Shown piece by piece: positions 1 to 12,400 of a DNA stretch of 64,000 bases. Each line of letters starts with the position of its first letter. Position 1 is the stretch's first letter. The notes under the pieces were generated by a model. That model saw only the letters and a list, made by a program, of their open reading frames with translations. It made no database searches and had not been told where the DNA came from. The translations under genes were made by a program, and so were the position numbers. Origin of the DNA: Eledone cirrhosa (lineage: Eukaryota); the NCBI GenBank assembly GCA_964016885.1, contig OZ024741.1, forward strand, positions 341,620,001 to 341,684,000, given 5' to 3'.

Positions 1-727
1 CATACATGGATATGTTGCCAGGAAGCTCCAGAGTGAGAGTAATATAGATAAGGAAAGTAGTCTATCTTGCACCAACAACCGCTATATTGGCTCCCACTTT
101 GAAGGATACGCTTTTGCAATCCAAGAACAGGAGATTAACACGAAATACCTGATTGACAAAAGAGATAGGGATGCAGGCAAAACACCTAGATGTGATAACA
201 AGTGCAGACTCTGCAGAACTAACATCGAGGATATCACCCATGTCATCAGCAGCTGTCCAAAGATGTCATCGCGGTACTATCTACCTATGAGGCATGATGT
301 AGTGGCCAAAACACTGTACAATGCAGTTCGTAAAAAAGATAGCCCCAATAATAAACACATTAAAAGCTACAGCAATGTGGAAGACATCCAGGTACACATA
401 CATACAAACACACACACACACATGCACATACATATGTACATATACATACAAACAAATAGGGAAGACTATGTTGTGACTGATGCCTCAAAGGCATATTGGT
501 GAAATCTAAAAATAAAAGCCAACACTAAAACCACAACCAGCTTGATATTGCTGTTTTGGACGACACATTAAAAACATGTTCTGCTATAGAAGTCAGCTGC
601 TCACTTGATGTAAATGTAGTAGGAAAGAAGCAAGAGAAGGAGGACACCTATGGATCATTGATTAGGAGTTTTCAGATCCAGTATACAAGATACACATTTA
701 GTTTCATACACATTATTATCAGAGCTT

Positions 728-913
728 AGGCGAAAATTAGCAGTATCAGTAGAGTGTCAGACACCATGTTTTGCAGCATAGAGTTGGCTCTTTGCATTCT
801 GAGTTCAAATCCCCCTTTAGTTTAACTTTGCCTTTCATTCTTATGGGGTCGATAAAATAAAGTACCAGTTATGCACTGGGGTAATTGCTGACCTTGTGCC
901 AAAAGTAAAAACA
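728..913 (+). mobile_element. tRNA-derived SINE, family A
   Basis: B-box-like GAGTTCAAATCC and central block CTTTGCCTTTCATTCTTATGGGGTCGATAAAATAAAGTACCAG. Flanked by the direct repeat ATTATTATCAGAGCTT (712-727 and 914-929). Confidence 0.85.
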
Positions 914-929
914 ATTATTATCAGAGCTT

Positions 930-1152
930 AGGGTAGTGGATTGGCAGAATCAGTAGAGCGTCAGACAGCATGTTTTGCAGCACAGAGTTATGGCCCTTTA
1001 TGGTCTAAGGTCAAATTCTGCCAAGGTTAGCTTTGCCTTTCATCCTAACAGGGTCAATAAAATAAAGTACCAGTAACTCACTGGGGTCGATTACATTGAC
1101 TTTCCTTTCCTCCCCCCAAAAAATTACTGGCCTTGTGCCTAAATGAGAAGCC
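930..1152 (+). mobile_element. tRNA-derived SINE, family A (second copy at the same site)
   Basis: Homologous to 728-913. Flanked by ATTATTATCAGAGCTT at 914-929 and 1153-1168. Confidence 0.85.
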
Positions 1153-1197
1153 ATTATTATCAGAGCTTCAGTATACATACCATCAATCAATCTAGAC

Positions 1198-1837
1198 CAG
1201 ATGTTCTCAAACATTTTAGGCCACCGCCCCCCTCATGGCCACAAAATACCTTCAGCGCCCCCCCCCCCCCTCATTTCCAGAGAGACCTGCCTACACACAA
1301 ATTGTAAATAATATACAATAAATAAAATCGTTTATTTATATATAATAAGTAGTATAATATATGTATTATAATATATGTATGGGAGGAACATGGCTTAGTG
1401 GTTAGAGCACTGGCCTTGCAATCGAAAGGTTGTGAGTTCAATTCTCAGACAGGGTGATGTGTTGTTTCCTTGAGCAAGACACTATATTTCACATTGCTCC
1501 AGTTTACTCAGCTGTAGAAATGAGATGATAGGGACTGGGGTCCGTATCATTCCACTGCAAAGTGGTCGTGGAGGTGCCACAGAAAAAAAAGCACCCAACC
1601 CACACTGTAAATGAGGTTGGTGTTAGGAAGGGCATCCAGCTGTAGAAATCAAGCCAGAATCAGTTCCCGTCCCACCCTTGCAAGCAGAGAAAACCAGACG
1701 TAAAATGATGATGATGATAATGATGAAATATTTCTTATCTTACTATATTTATATATAATATGTATCATTTGATATTTAATATATTATTATACCATCTCTA
1801 CCCCTCCCACCGCCTCCTTAGGCCCCAGAACCCCCTG
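1198..1837. mobile_element. Degenerate non-autonomous hAT (Charlie-like) element containing a SINE insertion
   Basis: Starts CAGATGTTCTCAAAC directly after ATCTAGAC (a Charlie-type NTCTAGAN target). Possible right end AGAACCCCCTG. No clear second TSD. Confidence 0.5.
1381..1726 (+). mobile_element. tRNA-derived CORE-like SINE with RTE-type 3' tail, family B
   Basis: A-box TGGCTTAGTGG, B-box GAGTTCAATTC, CORE-like CCTTGAGCAAGACACT, tail GTTAGGAAGGGCATCCAGC ending in (ATG)n. Confidence 0.85.
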
Positions 1838-2387
1838 GACCTTCTCAAGAATGTTTCTCCTTAATTCATAAGTTACCTTCAAAATCCATAAAACATTCTC
1901 ACAATTCAAAAGATGAATGCTTGCACAAAGGCTGATGGAAATTTCCTTTTCTTTACAACCTTGCCACAGAGAAGGAGGACAGTAAAAGAAAATAGACTCA
2001 AAGAAGAGAAGAGAAATAAATATACATGCATACACATCATATATACATACACACGCACACACACGCATACATATATATATATATACACCCCTCTATCCAT
2101 ACATGCACACACGCACACACTCACGTACATGTACACATACATCTTTCCCACTCCCCATCCATTCATACACACACTAAGACATACTTGTAAAATCAAACAA
2201 ATATTTATAAAACTCAGCATTAAACTTGTTTCAAATTAAACCTATATAAATAAATAACACATCTTCTCTCTAGAATTTTACCTTGCTTCATTATTATTTC
2301 TTTGTATTACAGTCTCCAAGTTTATATCAATTCAATCCAACCAATTCTAATTTGGCACCAAAGTTACTAGATTAACAGAACATTTAA

Positions 2388-2832
2388 CATTTTCTTTACC
2401 ATACTTCTGATGAAATACACTGCCTATAATTATCAAACTATTTTGAAAATAATCATGAATTTGTTAGGATTTAATATTATAATTGAATTCTCCATTATTA
2501 AGCTGGTGTTTGGAACATAACAAAGATTCTTAGATAAAATTATGATAGGAAGTTTTAAGATAAATATAAACACTTTAACCCTTTTGTTGCTATATTTCTA
2601 ATAAAAGACACTGTCTATGATTATCAAACGATTTGGAAAAAAATAAAGAATTTGAGAGGATTTAGTAAAATAAATAACTGACATTGATTATATATCTGGT
2701 GTTTGGAACTTAACTTAAGGATCTTACATAATATTATGGTGGGAGATTTTTAGATAAATATAAACACTTTATAATAAACAGCTTTGTATTGTGGAACCAG
2801 TGCTGGTTTTATGCAATTTAGTATGAAAAAGG
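2388..2832. mobile_element. piggyBac-like MITE (2579-2832) preceded by a truncated tandem copy (2388-2574)
   Basis: TTAA|CCCTTTT...AAAAAGG|TTAA ends. The block CTGGTGTTTGGAAC..AA...ATAAACACTTTA occurs twice here and again at about 57.9-58.1 kb. Confidence 0.65.
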
Positions 2833-3118
2833 TTAACTGCAGCCTTAGGTGTGTTGCAATCACAGAAATGGTGTTAGTGTTTGGTGGAATTAATGGAACA
2901 GAAATTGAAGGATTGGTACTATGTAGTTCTTGTCTTTCATTGGATAATTCAAAGAATTTTGTATTCCTGGCCATTCTTCTTGTCAAACATAAGCTTTAGT
3001 GATCTTATCAATAAAATATATGCCATTTAAAAATTCAGTCCTGGTTCCCTCCAACACCAACCTCTTGCTCTGAGATTATGTATGCAAAGGTGTGTGCGTG
3101 TGTGTGCTTGTATGTAAG

Positions 3119-3153
<35 letters not shown>

Positions 3154-3447
3154 TCACATATATATACATACAAAACATGCATATATATATATATATATAT
3201 AGGGAGAAAGAGAGGGAGATAGAGAGGGAGAAAGAGGGGAGACAGAGAGATTTATTACACAAACTATTGTGTTATTTGTGGTACAATTGTTTCTTGGGCT
3301 ATCTACTTCAGATTTTCAGAGACAGGCCCCTAGGTCATTAACCTATGACTCCATTTTGTAATAGTTTGAGAATATTGGAAACAAGTGGATCAGTACAAGG
3401 AGAATCTAGATACATACATACACACACACACATTATATATATATATA

Positions 3448-3804
3448 CATCATCATTTCATTTCATTTCATTTCATTTCATTTTACGTCCACTTTTCCTT
3501 GCTTGCAAGGGTGGGACGGGAACTGATTCTGGCTTGATTTCTACAGCTGGATGCCCTTGCTAACACCAACCTCATTTACAGTGAGTGCTGGGTGCTTTTT
3601 TGCCGTGGCACCTCCACGACCACTTTTGCAGTGGAATGATAGGGACCCCAGTCCCTATCATCTCATTTCTACAGCTGAGTAAACTGGAGCAATGTGAAAT
3701 AAAGTGCCTTGCTCAAGGAAACAACACATCACCCGGTCTGAGAATTGAACTCACAACCTTTCGATTGCAAGGCCAATGCTCTAACCACTAAGCCATGTGC
3801 CTCC
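3448..3804 (-). mobile_element. SINE family B, full length
   Basis: Close reverse complement of 1381-1726 over its whole length. Confidence 0.9.
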
Positions 3805-3825
3805 ATATATATATATATATATATA

Positions 3826-4040
3826 CCAGACTACCACATTGATAGAAAATTCATTATATAGATGGTCACCATTTTATCTTTAAAAACAATTATTTCATGT
3901 TTGACGAAACAGCCTACCAAGAAAAATCAGAAACACTGAAACTTGTCATGTCATACTATGAATTAAAAATCTACGAGCAAACCTCACAAATTTATGGGGA
4001 TGAATTCAGCTGTTTTATGAAAGAAAACTGGAAATGGTAG
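3826..4040 (+). pseudogene. Penelope-like element reverse transcriptase fragment
   Basis: Broken frame ...FIFKNNYFMFDETAYQEKS...LVMSYYELKIYEQTSQIYGDEFSCFMKENWK resembles the PLE RT pattern NNYF.F....Y.Q..G..MG...ANLVMGYLE...W.RY.DD with an internal deletion. Confidence 0.6.
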
Positions 4041-4779
4041 ACAGTAGGCTATTAACAACTTAAAGAACCATACACCAGAAATCTGCTGTACTGAGGCCTC
4101 GAGAGGGATGGGCTCCACCAAGCTTAAAATGCCCAAGAAACACCGTGTGTCAGTACGGCACCCCTACGACTCTATCAGGAGTTACGGGACAAAAGAAAAT
4201 GAAAACCAGGAAGATTCCCCTATTTCAATATTTAGAGGATTACTGAGGACTAACCTTGCCAAATTTCAATGTTTCCTCATTCTATCAATGAAGTAGTCAA
4301 CATCAAAACAACATATAAGCAAGGAAAGATATTTTATAACCAAATACTAACCAAAACTCAAATCTCTCTACATTTTACCCATAGTCAAACCAGAATTACA
4401 TCTATTATCATGGGTTATATTTCATCATAAGGGACAACAAAGATACAACCAGTTGCCGCCCTTGTTTTAGAAAGAACATAAGTGACAAACAACACAAGAA
4501 GGATGTAACACAACATGTCTTATAGCAACATGTGAGAAAAAATATATATCCAACCCCAACACAAATTAAAATGAAACTTTGAAAAGCTATTCAGAGTGAA
4601 ACCAGTAAAAACTAATTGAATAATCATGACTATTTCTGAAAACCTACATATATTATAAAAAATAACTATAATCTATTTTGTATCAAGAGAGAAGACTGTT
4701 GGTATGGACACATTCTATGCTAGCATGGTAGATGGATGTTAAATGATGAGGATGTGATACACATGAATGATGATCACTG

Positions 4780-4915
4780 AGTGATGAAGTGCCGGGAAAT
4801 CTCAGTAGAAGGAAGCTCACATAGAGGTAAACCAAGAAAGACCTGAGTGAAGGTGGTGAGAGCTGATCTTATATCACTGACAAGGGAGTGTAATGAGTGG
4901 TGAAATGCTGTGCTG
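4780..4915 (+). mobile_element. RTE LINE C-terminal fragment
   Basis: VMKCREISVEGSSHRGKPRKT*VKVVRADL parallels the GRPRKTW segment of 53986-54357. Confidence 0.6.
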
Positions 4916-4931
4916 GAAAATTAGACATAAT

Positions 4932-5116
4932 TGTTTCTACTTTAGGCAAAAGACCAGCAATTACCCAGTGCATTACTGGTACTTTATTTTATCAACCCCG
5001 TAAGGATGAAAGGCAAAGTCAACCTCGGCGGGATTTGAACTCAGATCGTAAAGGGACGTAACTATGCTGGAAAGCATGGCGTCCGACTCTCTACGATACT
5101 GCCAATCCACCGCCCT
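4932..5116 (-). mobile_element. SINE family A
   Basis: Reverse complement of family A. Perfect 18-bp TSD TGGAAAATTAGACATAAT at 4914-4931 and 5117-5134. Confidence 0.9.
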
Positions 5117-5144
5117 TGGAAAATTAGACATAATGATGATGATA

Positions 5145-5860
5145 ATGAACTCAGCAGGTATGAAAATCAGTGCTGTGAAGACTGAGGCATTCATCCCCTT
5201 GAGAATGATGCCTATGCAGTGTACTTTGGATAGGAATAGAATTACACTGAAGTAGGTGGAGAAGTTCAAGTATCTTTAGACTATTTTCAACTGACAGCAC
5301 GCAGAATTAAATGTAAGAATTGCAGGAGCTGGTGCAATAAACAATGTGTCAGCTTCAGCACTCAGTCATCTGAAGAAGGGAAGTTGGTGTAAAAGCCAAA
5401 TTCACGATCTTCAATTCAGTATTCAGCCTACCCTTTCCTATGTTCATGAATCTTGGGTAATGACCAAAAGAATACAATCACAAATAGAAGCAGCTGAAAT
5501 GGGGTTCCTCTGAAGGGTTTTTGAATTAATGTTACACAATTAGGTGTGTAGTTCGGAGATCAGGCAGTTGCTCCACATACAGGCACTACTTCTCTTCATT
5601 GTAGTACTTTGGTAGAAAAGACATGTGGTTAGAATGTTTAAGTAAAAGGTTTCTGGGCTATTTTTACAGGAAAGTGAACCAGCAAGAGAGCTAGAAGTAG
5701 ACCATGAGCTAAATGGTTAGATAACAGCTTGGTTGGTCTCTTTTAGGGATCCATTTGGATCATTCGGACATGGTTGCTAGAGGACCCGCAGGAAGGCATG
5801 CTTGAGGACTCCACCCCAACAACCCTCTCAGCAATATGTGGGTGCAGATGTATATATGTG
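5145..5860 (+). pseudogene. Decayed RTE-clade LINE, 3' part of RT
   Basis: AGMKISAVKTE...VEKFKYL...RIAGAGA...TLSYVHESWVMTKRIQSQIEAAEMGFL*RV, with stops and frameshifts. Confidence 0.8.
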
Positions 5861-5996
5861 GATCCACTATGCACTAACCAATTTACTTCCAATATTCTAA
5901 AACTATGTTGTAGACTTTCACAAAACACTGAGCAAGAAATAAAACATCAATAATTTTGTCATTGGAAAATATTTTCTAAACTTTAGCTTAAATAAA

Positions 5997-6025
5997 GTAG
6001 TAGTAGTAGTAGTAGTAGTTGTAGT

Positions 6026-6066
<41 letters not shown>

Positions 6067-6093
6067 TAGTAGTAGTAGCAGCAGCAGCAGCAG
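5997..6093. repeat. Compound (GTA)n/(GCA)n microsatellite
   Basis: Directly visible. Confidence 0.95.
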
Positions 6094-6422
6094 GTAGCCA
6101 GGATTAACATGACTTGGAGTAAATCTGCAGTTAATAGCATGGTTTTCTCACTACCATCCTTACAAGATTATTATATATTCTGACAAGTGAATATGTCCTG
6201 CACAGGATTCTATAAAGGAAATTATTTAGTAACAACACTCCCTCTTAGGTGAAGGCGTTGGGTGGGGGGAACTTGACAGCTTTGGTTTTAGTTAAAACTC
6301 TTATTTAAAACATAAACAAATATCTCTTGAATAGGAACGTATATTGATTTTACACACAAGTGTTGTACAATGGTTTCCCAATTTCAGATTTATATTTCAG
6401 AGGAACATAAAATTTAAGTATT

Positions 6423-9400
6423 TTGATAACAACCTGCCTAAAACCAGTTCTAGTTCTATGAAGCTAAACCATCATTTGATACTAACCTACCCAAAACTAA
6501 CTAAAACACGAATTGATACTAAGCTACCCAAAACCAGCTAAATCACCAATTGACACTAACCTGCCCAAAACCAGCTAAACGACCAATTGATACTAACATA
6601 CCCAAAACCAGCTAAACCACCAATTGACACTAACCTGCCCAAAACCAGCTAAACGACCAATTGATACTAACCTACCCAAAACCAGCTAAACCACCAATTG
6701 ACACTAACCTGCCCAAAACCAGCTAAACCACCAATTGATACTAACCTACTCAAAACCGGCTAAACCACCTATTGATACTAACCTGCCCAAATCCAGCTAA
6801 ACCACCAATTAATTGATACTAACCTACCCAAAACCAGCTAAACCACCAATTGATACTAACCTGCCCAAAACCAGCTAAATCACCAATTGAAACTAACCTG
6901 CCCAAAAGCAGCTAAACCACCAATTGATACTAACCTATCCAAAACCAGCTAAACCACCAATTGATACTAACCTGCCCAAAACCAGCTAAATCACCAAATG
7001 AAACTAACCTGCCCAAAAGCAGCTAAACCACCAATTGATACTAACATACCCAAAACCAGCTAAACCACCAATTGATACTAACCTGCCCAAAACCAGCTAA
7101 ATCACCAATTGAAACTAACCTGCCCAAAAGCAGCTAAACCACCAATTGATACTAACATACCCAAAACCAGCTAAACCACCAATTGATACTAACATACCCA
7201 AAACCAGCTAAACCACAAATTGATACTAACCTGCCCCAAACCAGCTAAACCACCAATTGATATTAACCTACCCAAAACCAGCTAAACGACCAATTGATAC
7301 TAACCTACCCAAAACCAGCTAAACCACCAATTGATACTAACCTACCCAAAACCAGCTAAACGACCAATTGATACTAACCTACCCAAAACCAGCTAAATCA
7401 CCAATTGATACTAACCTACCCAAAACCAGCTAAACCACCAATTGATACTAACCTGCCCAAAACCAGCTAAATCACCAATTGAAACTAACCTGCCCAAAAG
7501 CAGCTAAACCACCAATTGATACTAACCTACCCAAAAGCAGCTAAACCACCAATTGATACTAATCTACCCAAAACCAGCTAAACCACCAATTGATACTAAC
7601 CTACCCAAAACCAGCTAAACCACCAATTGATACTAACCTACCGAAAACCAGCTAAACCACCAATTGATAATAACCTACCCAAAACCAGCTAAACCACCAA
7701 TTGATACTAACCTACCCCAAACCAGCTAAACCACCAATTGATACTAACCTGCCCCAAACCAGCTAAATCACCAATTGATACTAACCTATCCAAAACCAGC
7801 TAAACCACCAATTGATACTAACATGCCCAAAACCAGCTAAACCACCAATTGATACTAACCTATCCAAAACCAGTTAAACCACCAATTGATACTAACCTAC
7901 CCAAAACCAGCTAAACCACCCATTGATACTAACCTACCCAAAACCAGCTAAACCACCAATTGATACTAACCTACCCAAAACCAGCTAAACCACCAATTGA
8001 TACTAACCTACCCAAAATCAGCTAAACCACCAATTGATAATAACCTACCCAAAACCAGCTAAACCACCAATTGATACTAACCTACCCCAAACCAGCTAAA
8101 CCACCAATTGATACTAACCTGCCCAAAACCAGCTAAATCACCAGTTGATACTAACCTATCCAAAACCAGCTAAACCACCAATTGATATTAACCTACCCAA
8201 AACCAGCTAAACCACCAATTGATACTAACCTATCCAAAACCAGTTAAACCACTAATTGATACTAACCTACCCAAAACCAGCTAAACCACCAATTGATATT
8301 AACCTATCCAAAACCAGTTAAACCACCAATTGATACTAACCTACCCAAAACCAGCTAAACCACCAATTGATAATAACCTACCCAAAACCAGCTAAACCAC
8401 CAATTGATATTAACCTACCCAAAACCAGCTAAACCACCAATTGATATTAACCTACCCAAAACCAGCTAAACCACCAATTGATAATAACCTACCCAAAACC
8501 AGCTAAACCACCGATTGATACTAACCTACCCAAAACCAGCTAAACCACCAATTGATACTAACCTACCCAAAACCAGCTAAACCACCATATGATACTAACC
8601 TACCCAAAACCAGCTAAACCACCAATTGATACTAACCTACCCAAAACCAGCTAAACCACCAATTGATACTAACCTACCCAAAACCAGCTAAACCATCAAT
8701 TGATACTAACCTACCCAAAACTAGCTAAACCTCCAATTGATACTAACCTACCCAAAACCAGCTAAACGACCAATTGATACTAACCTACCCAAAACCAGCT
8801 AAACCACCAATTGATACTAACCTATCCAAAACCAGCTAAACCACCAATTGATACTAACCTACCCAAAACCAGCTAAACCACCAATTGATACTAACCTACC
8901 CAAAACCAGCTAAACCACCAATTGATACTAACCTGCCCAAAACCAGCTAAACCACCAATTGATATTAACCTACCCAAAACCAGCTAAACCACCATATGAT
9001 ACAAACATACCCAAAACCAGCTAAACCACCAATTGATATTAACCTACCCAAAACCAGCTAAACCACCAATTGATACTAACCTACCCAAAATCAGCTAAAC
9101 CACCAATTGATAATAACCTACCCAAAACCATCTAAACCACCAATTGATAATAACCTACCCAAAACCAGCTAAACCACCAATTGATAATAACCTACCCAAA
9201 ACCAGCTAAACGACCAATTGATACTAACCTACCCAAAACCAGCTAAACCACCAATTGATACTAACCTACCCAAAACCAGCTAAACGACCAATTGATACTA
9301 ACCTACCCAAAACCAGCTAAATCACCAATTGATACTAACCTACCCAAAACCAGCTAAACCACCAATTGATACTAACCTGCCCAAAACCAGCTAAATCACC

Positions 9401-12400
9401 AATTGAAACTAACCTGCCCAAAAGCAGCTAAACCACCAATTGATACTAACCTACCCAAAAGCAGCTAAACCACCAATTGATACTAATCTACCCAAAACCA
9501 GCTAAACCAACAATTGATACTAACCTACCCCAAACCAGCTAAACCACCAATTGATACTAACCTACCCAAAACCAGCTAAACCACCAATTGATAATAACCT
9601 ACCCAAAACCAGCTAAACCACCAATTGATACTAACCTACCCCAAACCAGCTAAACCACCAATTGATACTAACCTGCCCCAAACCAGCTAAATCACCAATT
9701 GATACTAACCTATCCAAAACCAGCTAAACCACCAATTGATACTAACATGCCCAAAACCAGCTAAACCACCAATTGATACTAACCTATCCAAAACCAGTTA
9801 AACCACCAATTGATACTAACCTACCCAAAACCAGCTAAACCACCCATTGATACTAACCTACCCAAAACCAGCTAAACCACCAATTGATACTAACCTACCC
9901 AAAACCAGCTAAACCACCAATTGATAATAACCTACCCAAAACCAGCTAAACCACCAATTGATACTAACCTACCCCAAACCAGCTAAACCATCAATTGATA
10001 CTAACCTGCCCAAAACCAGCTAAATCACCAATTGATACTAACCTATCCAAAACCAGCTAAACCACCAATTGATATTAACCTACCCAAAACCAGCTAAACC
10101 ACCAATTGATACTAACCTATCCAAAACCAGTTAAACCACTAATTGATACTAACCTACCCAAAACCAGCTAAACCACCAATTGATATTAACCTATCCAAAA
10201 CCAGTTAAACCACCAATTGATACTAACCTACCCAAAACCAGCTAAACCACCAATTGATAATAACCTACCCAAAACCAGCTAAACCACCAATTTATATTAA
10301 CCTACCCAAAACCAGCTAAACCACCAATTGATATTAACCTACCCAAAACCAGCTAAACCACCAATTGATAATAACCTACCCAAAACCAGCTAAACCACCG
10401 ATTGATACTAACCTACCCAAAACCAGCTAAACCACCAATTGATACTAACCTACCCAAAACCAGCTAAACCACCAATTGATATTAACCTATCCAAAACCAG
10501 CTAAACCACCATATGATACTAACCTACCCAAAACCAGCTAAACCACAAATTGATACTAACCTGCCCCAAACCAGCTAAACCACCAATTGATATTAACCTA
10601 CCCAAAACCAGCTAAACGACCAATTGATACTAACCTACCCAAAACCAGCTAAACCACCAATTGATACTAACCTACCCAAAACCAGCTAAACGACCAATTG
10701 ATACTAACCTACCCAAAACCAGCTAAATCACCAATTGATACTAACCTACCCAAAACCAGCTAAACCACCAATTGATACTAACCTGCCCAAAACCAGCTAA
10801 ATCACCAATTGAAACTAACCTGCCCAAAAGCAGCTAAACCACCAATTGATACTAACCTACCCAAAAGCAGCTAAACCACCAATTGATACTAATCTACCCA
10901 AAACCAGCTAAACCACCAATTGATACTAACCTACCCAAAACCAGCTAAACCACCAATTGATACTAACCTACCGAAAACCAGCTAAACCACCAATTGATAA
11001 TAACCTACCCAAAACCAGCTAAACCACCAATTGATACTAACCTACCCCAAACCAGCTAAACCACCAATTGATACTAACCTGCCCCAAACCAGCTAAATCA
11101 CCAATTGATACTAACCTATCCAAAACCAGCTAAACCACCAATTGATACTAACATGCCCAAAACCAGCTAAACCACCAATTGATACTAACCTATCCAAAAC
11201 CAGTTAAACCACCAATTGATACTAACCTACCCAAAACCAGCTAAACCACCCATTGATACTAACCTACCCAAAACCAGCTAAACCACCAATTGATACTAAC
11301 CTACCCAAAACCAGCTAAACCACCAATTGATACTAACCTACCCAAAATCAGCTAAACCACCAATTGATAATAACCTACCCAAAACCAGCTAAACCACCAA
11401 TTGATACTAACCTACCCCAAACCAGCTAAACCACCAATTGATACTAACCTGCCCAAAACCAGCTAAATCACCAGTTGATACTAACCTATCCAAAACCAGC
11501 TAAACCACCAATTGATATTAACCTACCCAAAACCAGCTAAACCACCAATTGATACTAACCTATCCAAAACCAGTTAAACCACTAATTGATACTAACCTAC
11601 CCCAAACCAGCTAAACCACCAATTGATATTAACCTATCCAAAACCAGTTAAACCACCAATTGATACTAACCTACCCAAAACCAGCTAAACCACCAATTGA
11701 TAATAACCTACCCAAAACCAGCTAAACCACCAATTGATATTAACCTACCCAAAACCAGCTAAACCACCAATTGATATTAACCTACCCAAAACCAGCTAAA
11801 CCACCAATTGATAATAACCTACCCAAAACCAGCTAAACCACCGATTGATACTAACCTACCCAAAACCAGCTAAACCACCAATTGATACTAACCTACCCAA
11901 AACCAGCTAAACCACCATATGATACTAACCTACCCAAAACCAGCTAAACCACCAATTGATACTAACCTACCCAAAACCAGCTAAACCACCAATTGATACT
12001 AACCTACCCAAAACCAGCTAAACCATCAATTGATACTAACCTACCCAAAACTAGCTAAACCTCCAATTGATACTAACCTACCCAAAACCAGCTAAACGAC
12101 CAATTGATACTAACCTACCCAAAACCAGCTAAACCACCAATTGATACTAACCTATCCAAAACCAGCTAAACCACCAATTTATACTAACCTACCCAAAACC
12201 AGCTAAACCACCAATTGATACTAACCTACCCAAAACCAGCTAAACCACCAATTGATACTAACCTGCCCAAAACCAGCTAAACCACCAATTGATATTAACC
12301 TACCCAAAACCAGCTAAACCACCATATGATACAAACATACCCAAAACCAGCTAAACCACCAATTGATATTAACCTACCCAAAACCAGCTAAACCACCAAT

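Larger units (their letters stand above)
1..2030 (+). mobile_element. 3' part of a decayed non-LTR retrotransposon with restriction-like endonuclease (R4/Dong-like), interrupted by nested insertions
   Basis: Frame 2 from nt 2 reads ...EGYAFAIQEQEINTKYL...CRLCRTNIEDITHVISSC (CX2CX8HX4C knuckle)...RHDVVAK. After a stop and frameshift it reads HNQLDI...IEVSC...KEDTY...IIIRA (degenerate PD-(D/E)xK RLE). It appears to resume near 1840 (...KIHKTFSQFKR*), followed by AATAAA and a TACA-rich tail. Confidence 0.85.

Noticed and set aside
1381-1455. tRNA gene
   Set aside because: The A/B boxes belong to a SINE head. It has no complete cloverleaf and continues into core and tail.
2750-3070. Possible host exon in unique sequence
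   Set aside because: No recognisable domain or convincing splice sites, and the ORFs run into a MITE.
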